A stretch of DNA of 64,000 nt from Candidatus Sumerlaeota bacterium (lineage in GTDB: Bacteria; Sumerlaeota; Sumerlaeia; Sumerlaeales; Sumerlaeaceae). Position numbers and translations under genes: made by a program. The notes beneath the pieces are model-generated. The model was not told the origin of the DNA. It searched no databases and worked only from the letters and a program-made list of their open reading frames with translations. Shown here piece after piece: positions 47,483 to 56,537 of this stretch; positions within the stretch are counted from its first letter, which is position 1; each line of letters begins with the position of its first letter. The stretch covers positions 196,945-260,944 of the forward strand of contig JADFCV010000001.1 in NCBI GenBank assembly GCA_017161655.1, written 5' to 3'.

Positions 47483-48469
47483 GTGGGTGAAGTGAAACGC
47501 ATTGCCGTTTTAGGTGCGGGAGGGCTTGGCCGCAATATGGCCAAACTGCTCGATAAGAAAACCGAAATGCGACTTGTCGCCATCTGCGACAAAGGTGGGT
47601 ATGCTTTTGATCCCAATGGGATTCCGTCAGCTAAAATTGATGCGCTTTCAGCAGAAGAATCTGTCGCAACAATCTCTGGAATTGGTGTGAGGTGCGGCGA
47701 CGCGATTGGAGAGTTGCTGAAGCGACGGGATCAGATCGATGGCGTATTCTTGGCGTTGCCCAATTTGCCCAACGAATTCCTTCCATCAGTTGTTGAGCGG
47801 ATGGCCAAGGAAGGTTTTCGGGGCGTCATGGTGGATGCGCTGAAACGCACTCGTGCCGTCGAGCTCATGGTAAAATTAAATGATCTTCTTGCGGCTAACA
47901 AGATCACATATATTACTGGGGCGGGAGCGACGCCTGGCCTTCTCACAGCTGCTGCAGCCCTTGCCGCCCAGTCGTTCGTTGAAATTGAGAGCGTGGAGAT
48001 ATGGTTCGGGGTTGGTATCGCCAATTGGGATGCCTATAAGGCAACCATTCGAGAGGACATAGCACATCTTGAAGGATTCTCGGTCGAGAAAGTTGCGGCA
48101 ATGTCAGACGAGGAGATCGAGAATGAACTGGAGAAACGCAATGGCATTCTCGAACTGGTGAACATGGAACATGCCGATGATGTTATCCTCGAACTCGCGG
48201 GTGTCGTCTCGCGGGATAAAGTCAAAGTGGGTGGCGTAGTTGACACCCGCAGCCCAAAGAAGCCCGTGAGCACTACGATGAAATTGACGGGTATCACTTT
48301 CGAAGGAAAACGAAGTACTCACGTTTTTACCCTTGGTGACGAAACAAGCATGGCGGCAAATGTGAACGGACCAGCGCTGGGCTACATGAAAGCCGGCTTC
48401 TGGTATCACAGCAAAGGGCTGCATGGCGTCTTCACAAGTGCCACAGTCATGCCGCTTTGGCCGCATTAA
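47483..48469 (+). CDS. bioU: BioU, dehydrogenase-like enzyme that replaces BioA in biotin synthesis
   Basis: GAGGLG Rossmann motif, FLALPNLPN, VDALKRT, GATPGLLT, FGVGIANW..Y.ATIREDIAH, MEHADD, LGDETSMAANV, all matching cyanobacterial BioU as I recall it; AAGGAG RBS. Confidence 0.88.
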   Translation: MGEVKRIAVLGAGGLGRNMAKLLDKKTEMRLVAICDKGGYAFDPNGIPSAKIDALSAEESVATISGIGVRCGDAIGELLKRRDQIDGVFLALPNLPNEFLPSVVERMAKEGFRGVMVDALKRTRAVELMVKLNDLLAANKITYITGAGATPGLLTAAAALAAQSFVEIESVEIWFGVGIANWDAYKATIREDIAHLEGFSVEKVAAMSDEEIENELEKRNGILELVNMEHADDVILELAGVVSRDKVKVGGVVDTRSPKKPVSTTMKLTGITFEGKRSTHVFTLGDETSMAANVNGPALGYMKAGFWYHSKGLHGVFTSATVMPLWPH

Positions 48470-48486
48470 GGGTACGCCACGACGAT

Positions 48487-49821
48487 TCACTTATCGACTG
48501 AGAATTCGGAAATTTCAATCAGTTGAGTCAGAGCCGCCAACGGTTGGTAACCATCATGAATCCAGCCGAGAGGCGGCTTCTGCATTTTTCCGATAGGGCA
48601 GAGGCGGCTTGCTCCAATCTCGAGGGCAAGCTCAACCCAATCTTGCCGCATGCTGGCTACACCCAACGTGCTGATATGACCTCGATAAGGCAGAAGAATC
48701 TCTCTGAGTTCGCCCATGGTAGAAAATGGCCGAAGCACGCATGTTCGATTAACGGGAGGAAGCACAAACGGTCGAAGTGCGCGAATGGAAACAAGAAATG
48801 GATCATGGGCTTGAGATATAATTGCGGCCAACTTATCAACATCTTGCCGTTTTGTGCGGGACTGCCATGCGGCGGCTTGAATCAATGTTTCTTCCCTTTC
48901 GCGTGCCTGAGCAACTGCCTCCGCAAGCGCTAAAACGTGACGTGGCAGTGTTGTTGCAAGCTCACGCATTTCTTCCGTTATTCTTTTTGCAAGTTCATGC
49001 AAGAGCGATAAATTCTGAGTGCGCACGAAAAGCGTGCGTGGCGACAGGCAGCCCTGTTGATCGTACACGCTAAAATCATGGGCCAGACGCTTAGCCAGGG
49101 TTTTGAGGGGATAGATGTTCAGGTCTTCCTCATCGGCCAGGGCAAAGCTTATCTTGTGTCCATGACTGACGAACGGAATGTGTGGCGGTGTCATCTCCCG
49201 CACGGCACGCACGGATGGGTCATCACCGAAGGCAACAACGGCATCGGCTGCATGTGTAACGGTACGTGTCAGCTCTTCTGCATCGTGGGGCCACCAAAAA
49301 CAGGCCGTTGCTTTCGCAAAATGGGGATCTATTTCAGCCAACGCTTGGCACCAAAGAACGGGATAATATCGATCAATGGACGCCGTGCGGACTAGACTAC
49401 ATGCGCCAGCAAGTGTGGCAACGATGAGGGATTCCCATCCGGATACGAAAAGATTTCCTGCCAGATTGTGAAAGACGACGCGCGGGAGAATCCGGTTCTT
49501 CAGCGGGGGCGTGCCAAGTTGCGACTTCCTTAGCTTTTCGAGGTGTTCAGGGCGAATCGGACCGAGCAGGTTTTGAAGGGCTTCCGCCACCATGGCAGGG
49601 GACATTCCAACGCTCTCACCCAGTGCGAAAGCCTTCTGGCGAAAAGGGCTGGTCTTTGAGAGAAACAAAAGCGCTGCCTGCGCAATGGCTCTAGGCGCTT
49701 TTTCCCATAAATACTGCGCATGGCGTTGATGCCAGTCGCGCAGTCGGTGTACTGCCCGCTCCAGAGTTTGCAGGGTCACTTCTGGGGCAGGTTGTTTATG
49801 TCTCGCTTGTCTGTTCACCAT
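48487..49821 (-). CDS. luxC: Acyl-CoA reductase (LuxC family)
   Basis: VFHNLAGN, AVVAFGDD, HGHKISF, catalytic YDQQGCLSP, GASRLCPIGKMQ.P..W.HDG. Confidence 0.88.
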   Translation of the reverse strand: MVNRQARHKQPAPEVTLQTLERAVHRLRDWHQRHAQYLWEKAPRAIAQAALLFLSKTSPFRQKAFALGESVGMSPAMVAEALQNLLGPIRPEHLEKLRKSQLGTPPLKNRILPRVVFHNLAGNLFVSGWESLIVATLAGACSLVRTASIDRYYPVLWCQALAEIDPHFAKATACFWWPHDAEELTRTVTHAADAVVAFGDDPSVRAVREMTPPHIPFVSHGHKISFALADEEDLNIYPLKTLAKRLAHDFSVYDQQGCLSPRTLFVRTQNLSLLHELAKRITEEMRELATTLPRHVLALAEAVAQAREREETLIQAAAWQSRTKRQDVDKLAAIISQAHDPFLVSIRALRPFVLPPVNRTCVLRPFSTMGELREILLPYRGHISTLGVASMRQDWVELALEIGASRLCPIGKMQKPPLGWIHDGYQPLAALTQLIEISEFSVDK

Positions 49822-49985
49822 GGCCCAACGCCCTTGTATTTCGCCGAAAGAAACAGAGTGAGAATTATTCGTGAACTTGCTCGAAAACGGAGAAGTCTCT
49901 CACCTACATTTTCAGAATTTCATCGCACTGTTCTCGATAACTACAGTTAGGCGTACTTCATTTCATTTTTCCGTGCGAGACGGCT

Positions 49986-50603
49986 ATGTTCACTGGAATA
50001 ATCGAAGAAATGGGCTCCATCTGCAAGCTCGTGCCACTGCGCGAGTCGGTCGAACTCAGCGTGGCGTGCAAGCAATCACTCGTGGGGATGCAGCTTGGAG
50101 ACTCCATTGCGGTTGACGGCATTTGTCTCACTGTCACGGCCTTCGATGCAAACACGTTCACTGCTCTTGCGTCAGCCGAAACGTTACGACGTACCAGTTT
50201 GGGCGACAAAAAGGTTGGCGATTATGTCAACCTCGAATGTCCTCTGACTTTATCCAAGAAACTTAGCGGACACTTAGTCCAGGGTCACGTGGATGGCACA
50301 GCTGTTGTCGATTCAGTGGTCCCCGAGGGTGAGTCTCAAATGTGGAAGTTTCGGCTGTCTCCGGATCTTGCAAAATATCTTGTACCAAAAGGTTCGGTTG
50401 CGGTGGACGGGATAAGCCTCACGGTGGTGGAGGCTGCTCGGGATTACTTTACGGTTGCCATCATTCCGAAAACCTTAGCTGTAACAACCCTGCAGTTTCG
50501 AAGACCTGGCGACAAAGTGAATGTGGAGGTCGATCTCATCGGGAAGTACGTTTACCGCTATCTCCACCCGGATGAAGCAGAATCGAGTACAAAAGAACTG
50601 TGA
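49986..50603 (+). CDS. ribE: Riboflavin synthase (alpha type)
   Basis: MFTGIIEE, GDSIAVDGICLT, GHLVQGHVD, KGSVAVDGISLT, VNVEVD. Confidence 0.96.
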   Translation: MFTGIIEEMGSICKLVPLRESVELSVACKQSLVGMQLGDSIAVDGICLTVTAFDANTFTALASAETLRRTSLGDKKVGDYVNLECPLTLSKKLSGHLVQGHVDGTAVVDSVVPEGESQMWKFRLSPDLAKYLVPKGSVAVDGISLTVVEAARDYFTVAIIPKTLAVTTLQFRRPGDKVNVEVDLIGKYVYRYLHPDEAESSTKEL

Positions 50604-50626
50604 GACACAGGTTAGACAGACAATCC

Positions 50627-51898
50627 ATGGGCGTGCAAAATCAAAAAGTGGAAGCTGAAGCAGCGCAGACCGCCGTCACGACGGCAGAGATGGATCGTGC
50701 GGTTTTTGCCACCATCGAAGAGGCAATTGAGCTCTATCGCCAGGGCGAAATTCTCATACTCGTCGACGATGAGGACCGAGAAAACGAAGGGGATTTAGTC
50801 TTTGCCGCCCAGTACGTCACGCCGGAAAAAATCAACTTTCTGGCAAAATATGGCCGAGGATTAATCTGTCTAGCCACGACGCGTGAGCGACTCGAAGAAC
50901 TTGGCTTACACCCATTGGTGTCGCAAAATACTTCAAGGTTTGGGACGAACTTTTATGAGCCAGTTGATGCCGTGAAAGGCACAACAACCGGCATATCGGC
51001 CGCAGACCGCGCTGCTACGATCCGTGTGTTTTTAGATCCGAATGCACGCGCCGAAGATTTGGCAAAACCGGGCCACATGCAGACCTTGGGTGCGCGCGAT
51101 GGCGGTGTACTTGAACGTGCTGGCCAAACGGAGGGCGTCGTGGATCTTGCGAAGCTGGCCGGGTTGTTCCCCGCCGGTGTGCTATGTGAGATCATGAACG
51201 ATGATGGAACCATGGCACGTCTCCCTCAGCTCGAGGTGTTTGCTCGCCAGCATGGGTTGAAAATCGTCACAATCCGCGACATCATCGAGTATCGCCTCCG
51301 CACTGAGATACTGGTGAAGCGAATCGTCACGGTACCCATGAGAAACTGGTATGGTGAGTGGCAACTTTCCTATTACGAAGCGTGGAACGGCGAAGGGCAT
51401 TTAGCGCTTGTGATGGGTGACCTTGAAACGAAACGCGATGAGGGAGTCTTGGTTCGTGTCCATTCGCAGTGCTTCACAGGCGATACGCTTGGATCTATGC
51501 GATGCGATTGCGGACCACAGCTCCATGCTGCCATGAAGCAAATTGCCGAAGAGGGAGTCGGTGTGATTCTCTACCTTCATCAGGAAGGCCGGGGGATCGG
51601 CCTCAAAAACAAGCTCCTGGCTTACAGAATGCAGGATGAGGGGCTCGACACTGTCGAAGCAAACGAGGCGCTCGGATTCAAAGCAGACTTGCGCGAGTAT
51701 GGCATTGGAGCTCAGATTCTCAAAGATCTGGGGCTTACGCGGATTCGTCTGATGACAAACAATCCGAAGAAAATTGTTGGCTTGAGTGCCTATAAACTCG
51801 AAGTGGTCGACCGCGTTCCTCTAGTTGCTGGCCGCCATCAGTTTAATGAAGCGTACTTGCTTACCAAACGAGATAAGCTAGGCCATCTCATAGATTAG
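50627..51898 (+). CDS. ribBA: Bifunctional DHBP synthase / GTP cyclohydrolase II
   Basis: DDEDRENEGD, TTGISAADR, CEIMNDDG, RVHSQCFTGD...RCDC, QEGRGIG, TNNPKK. Confidence 0.97.
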   Translation: MGVQNQKVEAEAAQTAVTTAEMDRAVFATIEEAIELYRQGEILILVDDEDRENEGDLVFAAQYVTPEKINFLAKYGRGLICLATTRERLEELGLHPLVSQNTSRFGTNFYEPVDAVKGTTTGISAADRAATIRVFLDPNARAEDLAKPGHMQTLGARDGGVLERAGQTEGVVDLAKLAGLFPAGVLCEIMNDDGTMARLPQLEVFARQHGLKIVTIRDIIEYRLRTEILVKRIVTVPMRNWYGEWQLSYYEAWNGEGHLALVMGDLETKRDEGVLVRVHSQCFTGDTLGSMRCDCGPQLHAAMKQIAEEGVGVILYLHQEGRGIGLKNKLLAYRMQDEGLDTVEANEALGFKADLREYGIGAQILKDLGLTRIRLMTNNPKKIVGLSAYKLEVVDRVPLVAGRHQFNEAYLLTKRDKLGHLID

Positions 51899-51928
51899 TT
51901 GCTTCCGCTGCAAAGAAAGCTGATTCCC

Positions 51929-52711
51929 CTAGATGCGGTTAGGAGGGGGAACTTTATTGCCCAGAGTCACTCGTTTATACACCAGCGCGTAGACGTGGGT
52001 CACAATTCCAAAAATGACATAAGCAGTGAAACTGCTGAAGACAAGGGCGGGAATGTAATTTTTTAACAAGTAGATGATTGCAAATACTACAACAATCAGG
52101 GGAAGGATATCGAACTGCCGACCGTGCTCCAGACGCAATTGCTTTAGACTTGGATAGTTGACGGTGCTCACCATGAGATAAGAAGTCACCACCATCAGCA
52201 GTGGCAAAATGTTGAGAACGAATTCAGTATTCCAGTCCGGATCGAGCCATTGAAAGAACAGGAAACTCGAAACAATGACGCCAGCAGCTGCGGGGATGGG
52301 GAGACCGGTAAAACTGAGTTTTTCTATCCGCGATTTCTGCACGTTGTAGCGGGCCAACCGGAGTGCCCCACAAACGACAAATAGTGCTGCCAACACTTCC
52401 GCGGCATGGCGATTTTCCATTTCAAGAAGTCTGGTATAGATCAGCACCGCGGGGGCCACACCAAAAGCCACTAAATCAGAAAGAGAGTCGAACTGAACAC
52501 CAAACGCACTTTCCGTGCGCGTCATCCGAGCAACCCATCCGTCGAAAAAATCAAGCACCGCTGACGCTAAAATCAGCCAGCACGAGGTTTCGTAGCGGTA
52601 CGTTTCCAGATCAGCCGATTCTGCGACATTGAACACGTTTAAGATCGCGAAGACGCCACAAAAGAGGCTAGCTCCTGTGAACAAATTGGGGAGAAGATAA
52701 ACTTTTCTCAT
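51929..52711 (-). CDS. pssA: CDP-diacylglycerol--serine O-phosphatidyltransferase
   Basis: LLPNLFT, DFFDGWVAR...G..FDSLSD..AFGVAP, LRLARYN, FTGLPIP, LMVS. Confidence 0.95.
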   Translation of the reverse strand: MRKVYLLPNLFTGASLFCGVFAILNVFNVAESADLETYRYETSCWLILASAVLDFFDGWVARMTRTESAFGVQFDSLSDLVAFGVAPAVLIYTRLLEMENRHAAEVLAALFVVCGALRLARYNVQKSRIEKLSFTGLPIPAAAGVIVSSFLFFQWLDPDWNTEFVLNILPLLMVVTSYLMVSTVNYPSLKQLRLEHGRQFDILPLIVVVFAIIYLLKNYIPALVFSSFTAYVIFGIVTHVYALVYKRVTLGNKVPPPNRI

Positions 52712-53418
52712 TACTCATGCCTCTGGGTGTCGATGATTTTTCTCTCTGATGATCGTGTCAAAAGGATCGTTGTTCTGCCGTGCACGCGGTCGCCCTTTTG
52801 GACGCATGGCTGGTAAATACTGGGCGCAAGAATCTCGACTCTGCTGCCAAAGCGAATAAGCCCGATTGTTTCGCCTCGCGTCACCTGATCTCCTCTTTCG
52901 AGCGGTGAGACGATCCGCCGGGCCACGAGGCCAGCTACAAGCTTGACCACTACGAGTTCTCCCTCCGAGGTGCGCAGGAACAAAATTTTTCTCTCATTCT
53001 CATCGCTGGATTTTTCCTCCATCGCGTTCAGGAATTTTCCCGGGTAGTACTCGGTTCTTTCGACGATAGCATCGCAGGGGGACCAGTTGATATGCACATC
53101 AAAAAGGGACATGAAGATAGCCACCCGTACGGCTTGACCATCAGGAAATGCCGGATGCGGCACCTGCCCCACAGCTACCACCGTGCCATCAGCAGGGCAT
53201 AGCAGCACGTTCTTTTCCAAGGGAATGGGACGCCTCGGATGGCGGAAAAACCATAGCACGTAAACTGCCGTTATCAGGCAAACGGTTCCTAATCCAAACC
53301 ACACCGGGCGAAAAGGGAAGAAAACTGCTGCCAGCCAGCAGAAGATAGCTAACCCCACTGACAGCAGCAAAAATGGGAAGGCTTCTCGTGCTATAGGGTG
53401 CGTGGTAGAGAACTTCAT
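52711..53418 (-). CDS. psd: Phosphatidylserine decarboxylase proenzyme
   Basis: FFR.P.R, PADG, IFMS..DVH, ENER, AG.VARRI, IRFGSRV self-cleavage motif; abuts pssA. Confidence 0.93.
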   Translation of the reverse strand: MKFSTTHPIAREAFPFLLLSVGLAIFCWLAAVFFPFRPVWFGLGTVCLITAVYVLWFFRHPRRPIPLEKNVLLCPADGTVVAVGQVPHPAFPDGQAVRVAIFMSLFDVHINWSPCDAIVERTEYYPGKFLNAMEEKSSDENERKILFLRTSEGELVVVKLVAGLVARRIVSPLERGDQVTRGETIGLIRFGSRVEILAPSIYQPCVQKGDRVHGRTTILLTRSSERKIIDTQRHE

Positions 53419-53421
53419 AGA

Positions 53422-55233
53422 TCAGCGTTTCCCTTGTTTCTTGCGACTCTGGCGGGTTGGAGGTTGGCCTTTGCCAGATTTTTCGTCGCCTGAACTCTGC
53501 ACTGACTCTGTCGTAACCTGTTCTTCTTCACGTTGGGCAACATTCGAGGAGGGCGGACCAGTCTGTTGTGCCAAATATGCCCCGGACTCGCTGGCTTCCG
53601 CCAATTTCTCTGGCTGCTGATCCGGCCGGACAAGGCTCCCCTCTACAGAGGGTTTCGGACTGCTAGCCCCCCGCCTGTACAGTCGGATGTTTGCAAGGTG
53701 CTCTTCATAAGTTTCGGCGAAGGCATGAGAACCATCGCCCTTATAGACATAAAAAAGATAATTCGTTTTGGCTGGCTGGAATGTTGCTACTAAGGAACTG
53801 ATGTGGGGATTGCAGATTGGACCCGGCGGCAGTCCCTTGTGAAGGTATGTGTTGTAGGGGCTACTTGTCTGGAGATCGCTGTGAGTGAGGCGCTTTCCCC
53901 AATCGCCAAGGGCATAGTTTATTGCGGCATCAATTTCTAATTTCATGCCTTTTTTGAGACGATTGAAAATCACCGAAGCTATCAACGGCCGTTCTGTGTC
54001 TAAACGAGCTTCTCGTTCAATGAGCGAAGCCATAATCACATGTTCGTGAAAGCTCAAGGTGTCGCTCGTTTCTGTTCGCTCCACATGAGAGAGAGCAGTC
54101 TCAGCTCGTTTGATGAAGTTTTCCACCATCATGCGGATGATTTCCTCTTCCTTCATCCCTGGAGCAAAAAAGTAGGTGTCTGGATAGAGATAGCCCTCCA
54201 GCGATGGGACAGAAAGACCAAGCTTTTCAATGAATTGTGGATCGTGGACGAGTGCCAAGAATCTGTTCTCGTCAAAGGAATCGAGTTTTCGTTTGATCAG
54301 AGCGGCGGTCTCTTTGGCTGTCTTGCCCTCGGGGATTGTGACCTTAAAATCTTGCGAGCCTTCAATAAGCTTGTCGTAAATCTGACTCAGGCTCATACTG
54401 GAGTTTAATCGGTAAACGCCACTTTTGATCTTATTGGAATTGTTGTTTATCCACGCGAGATACTTGAGAAGAAATCCGTCATCCACCCCCAGATAAGAGC
54501 TCAAAAGCCCCTCGGCACGCAGCTTCTCTATGATATGTGATAGCCTCTCACCCGGAGCAACAGTGAGGACTACCGTGCGATTTGTGTCGAACTGGATGTT
54601 GAAGAGTCTGTCTGATGCGTACCGGTAATAGAGGCCAGCAAAGATGATTGTCCCAAATAAGGCTATGATAACAAACCACCAAAGCGTGTTGAGAAGCTGT
54701 GCGAAAAATGAGCGCCGGCGGCGTTGCGGCCCCCCAGGGACTTCCTGGGTTTCTTCGCACGGAGGCAAAACGTGCGGCGCTGGTTTTGGAAAAGTCGGAC
54801 GTGGGTTATCTTTTTCGTCTGTGTTATCTTCCTCGTAGTCCGCTTGCTCCGCGTCCGGTCCAGGAATAATTCCCTTCGAGCGAGCTGCGTCCTGGGGCAC
54901 TGACAAGACTGACTTCTCTTCTGCAGCTTTTTCTGCGGGGTCGGCCGGGGAATGCGACACGCTCGCACACTGATCGTTGAGCGGTCTTTCAGTAGTTTCG
55001 CCCGATGGTGCGCTCTCTTCGATGTTATCGAGGGGCGCGGTTTTAGCTGTTGCCTGGATGACCACGTCTGGCAAAGCTTGCGGATCTTCATCCGCCCAAA
55101 AGGCCACGGCCTCTTCAGAGGCGTCCCCACAGAGATCAGCTGCATTTTTCTGCTCAGACTTCTCTTCCCTGCCCGAACTCTGAGCACGATTCTCCGGTGA
55201 GCCGCCGTTTATGTCTTTCTCGTCCAAAGGCAC
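53422..55233 (-). CDS. mltG: Endolytic transglycosylase MltG with a long acidic N-terminal extension
   Basis: TIPEG, LEGYLYPDTY, ASLIEREA, NRL..GM.L.ID, SPYNTY..GLPPGPICNP; GAGGAG RBS before GTG at 55233. Confidence 0.93.
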   Translation of the reverse strand: MPLDEKDINGGSPENRAQSSGREEKSEQKNAADLCGDASEEAVAFWADEDPQALPDVVIQATAKTAPLDNIEESAPSGETTERPLNDQCASVSHSPADPAEKAAEEKSVLSVPQDAARSKGIIPGPDAEQADYEEDNTDEKDNPRPTFPKPAPHVLPPCEETQEVPGGPQRRRRSFFAQLLNTLWWFVIIALFGTIIFAGLYYRYASDRLFNIQFDTNRTVVLTVAPGERLSHIIEKLRAEGLLSSYLGVDDGFLLKYLAWINNNSNKIKSGVYRLNSSMSLSQIYDKLIEGSQDFKVTIPEGKTAKETAALIKRKLDSFDENRFLALVHDPQFIEKLGLSVPSLEGYLYPDTYFFAPGMKEEEIIRMMVENFIKRAETALSHVERTETSDTLSFHEHVIMASLIEREARLDTERPLIASVIFNRLKKGMKLEIDAAINYALGDWGKRLTHSDLQTSSPYNTYLHKGLPPGPICNPHISSLVATFQPAKTNYLFYVYKGDGSHAFAETYEEHLANIRLYRRGASSPKPSVEGSLVRPDQQPEKLAEASESGAYLAQQTGPPSSNVAQREEEQVTTESVQSSGDEKSGKGQPPTRQSRKKQGKR

Positions 55234-55367
55234 TTTTCTCCTCAAGTTGTGAGGTCTCAAGCTGTCTCACTTTAGCATTTCCCATGTTGGGGCCGCGCTG
55301 TTTCCATTGACGCAGGCAGAGCAATCGTTTAGCAATAGCTTTTCACAACTGTGAAGGAATTTGAACC

Positions 55368-56537
55368 ATGCTCAAGCGCGTTGAACTCGAACAACTCGAA
55401 TATGACATTCTTGCTCCGTATGCGACAAAAAGTGCTGAGTCACTAGGCCGTGACTATCCCCTCACGCCTGATGAATTCAGGACCGAATTCCAGCGCGACC
55501 GCGACCGCATTATCCACTCCACAGCCTTCCGAAAGCTGGAATACAAAACCCAGGTTTACATGGTTCATTACGGGGATTATTTTCGCACCCGTCTCACCCA
55601 CACCATGGAAGTCGCCCAGATTGCACGAACATTAGCGCGGAACTTGCGCCTGAACGCAGACCTGACGGAAGCCATCGCGCTAGCTCACGATCTCGGACAC
55701 ACTCCCTTCGGTCACAGCGGGGAAATTGCGCTAAAGCGTTTGCTGCGCGATGAGGGGGGATTCGAACACAATGAGCAAGGCCTGCGGGTCGTGGAATACC
55801 TGGAGGAACGCTATCCGGATGTGCCGGGGCTGAATCTTACCTGGGAGGTGCGTGAGGGCATCATCAAGCACGATACGGAATACGATTCTCCCAACGTTCC
55901 CGAACGTTTTAAACCTGAGTGGGCGCCGACGCTTGAGGCTCAGGTGTGCGACGTAGCTGACGAAATCGCCTACAATAACCACGATATTGATGACGCCCTC
56001 AAGATGGGTCTTATCACTATGCGGGATTTACAAGAGGTAGAGTGGGTTTGGGAGATTTTCGAAAAGGCCAGAAAAGAAATCGGCGACCAGAAACCAGAAA
56101 AGTTCATCAAGTACAGAGCTATCGGAACTCTCATCGACATGCAGGTTTCCGATGCCCTGCGCACAACGATGGAAAACATCGAGCGCCAAAAGATTAGCAC
56201 TCTTGCTGACGTTCGGCAGTGCAGACACAAAATCGTGACCATGAGCCCAGAGATGCTTCAAAAAAACCGAATCCTAAAAGATTTTCTCATGCGGCGTGTA
56301 TACCGCCATCCTTATGTAGTTCGCATGGCCACGAAAGCCGAGCGCTTTATCGAAAAGATGTTCCTTCTCTATCGCGACACACCTGAGCAACTCCCCCTGA
56401 AATATCAGGCCAGAATCGAACGTGATGGCCTCATCCGCGTGATTGTGGATTACATTAGCGGTATGACTGACCGATACTTGCTCGATGAATATATCAAGGC
56501 TTTTGAGCCGGAAGAGAAGTTCCTCGGTCGACTATGA
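55368..56537 (+). CDS. dgt: dGTP triphosphohydrolase-like HD protein
   Basis: FQRDRDRIIHS.AFR.L..KTQV, RTRLTH, HDLGHTPFGH, DEIAY..HD, DYISGMTD. Confidence 0.95.
   Translation: MLKRVELEQLEYDILAPYATKSAESLGRDYPLTPDEFRTEFQRDRDRIIHSTAFRKLEYKTQVYMVHYGDYFRTRLTHTMEVAQIARTLARNLRLNADLTEAIALAHDLGHTPFGHSGEIALKRLLRDEGGFEHNEQGLRVVEYLEERYPDVPGLNLTWEVREGIIKHDTEYDSPNVPERFKPEWAPTLEAQVCDVADEIAYNNHDIDDALKMGLITMRDLQEVEWVWEIFEKARKEIGDQKPEKFIKYRAIGTLIDMQVSDALRTTMENIERQKISTLADVRQCRHKIVTMSPEMLQKNRILKDFLMRRVYRHPYVVRMATKAERFIEKMFLLYRDTPEQLPLKYQARIERDGLIRVIVDYISGMTDRYLLDEYIKAFEPEEKFLGRL

Noticed and set aside
49822..49985. FMN riboswitch upstream of ribE-ribBA
   Set aside because: No RFN consensus segments are visible in the spacer.
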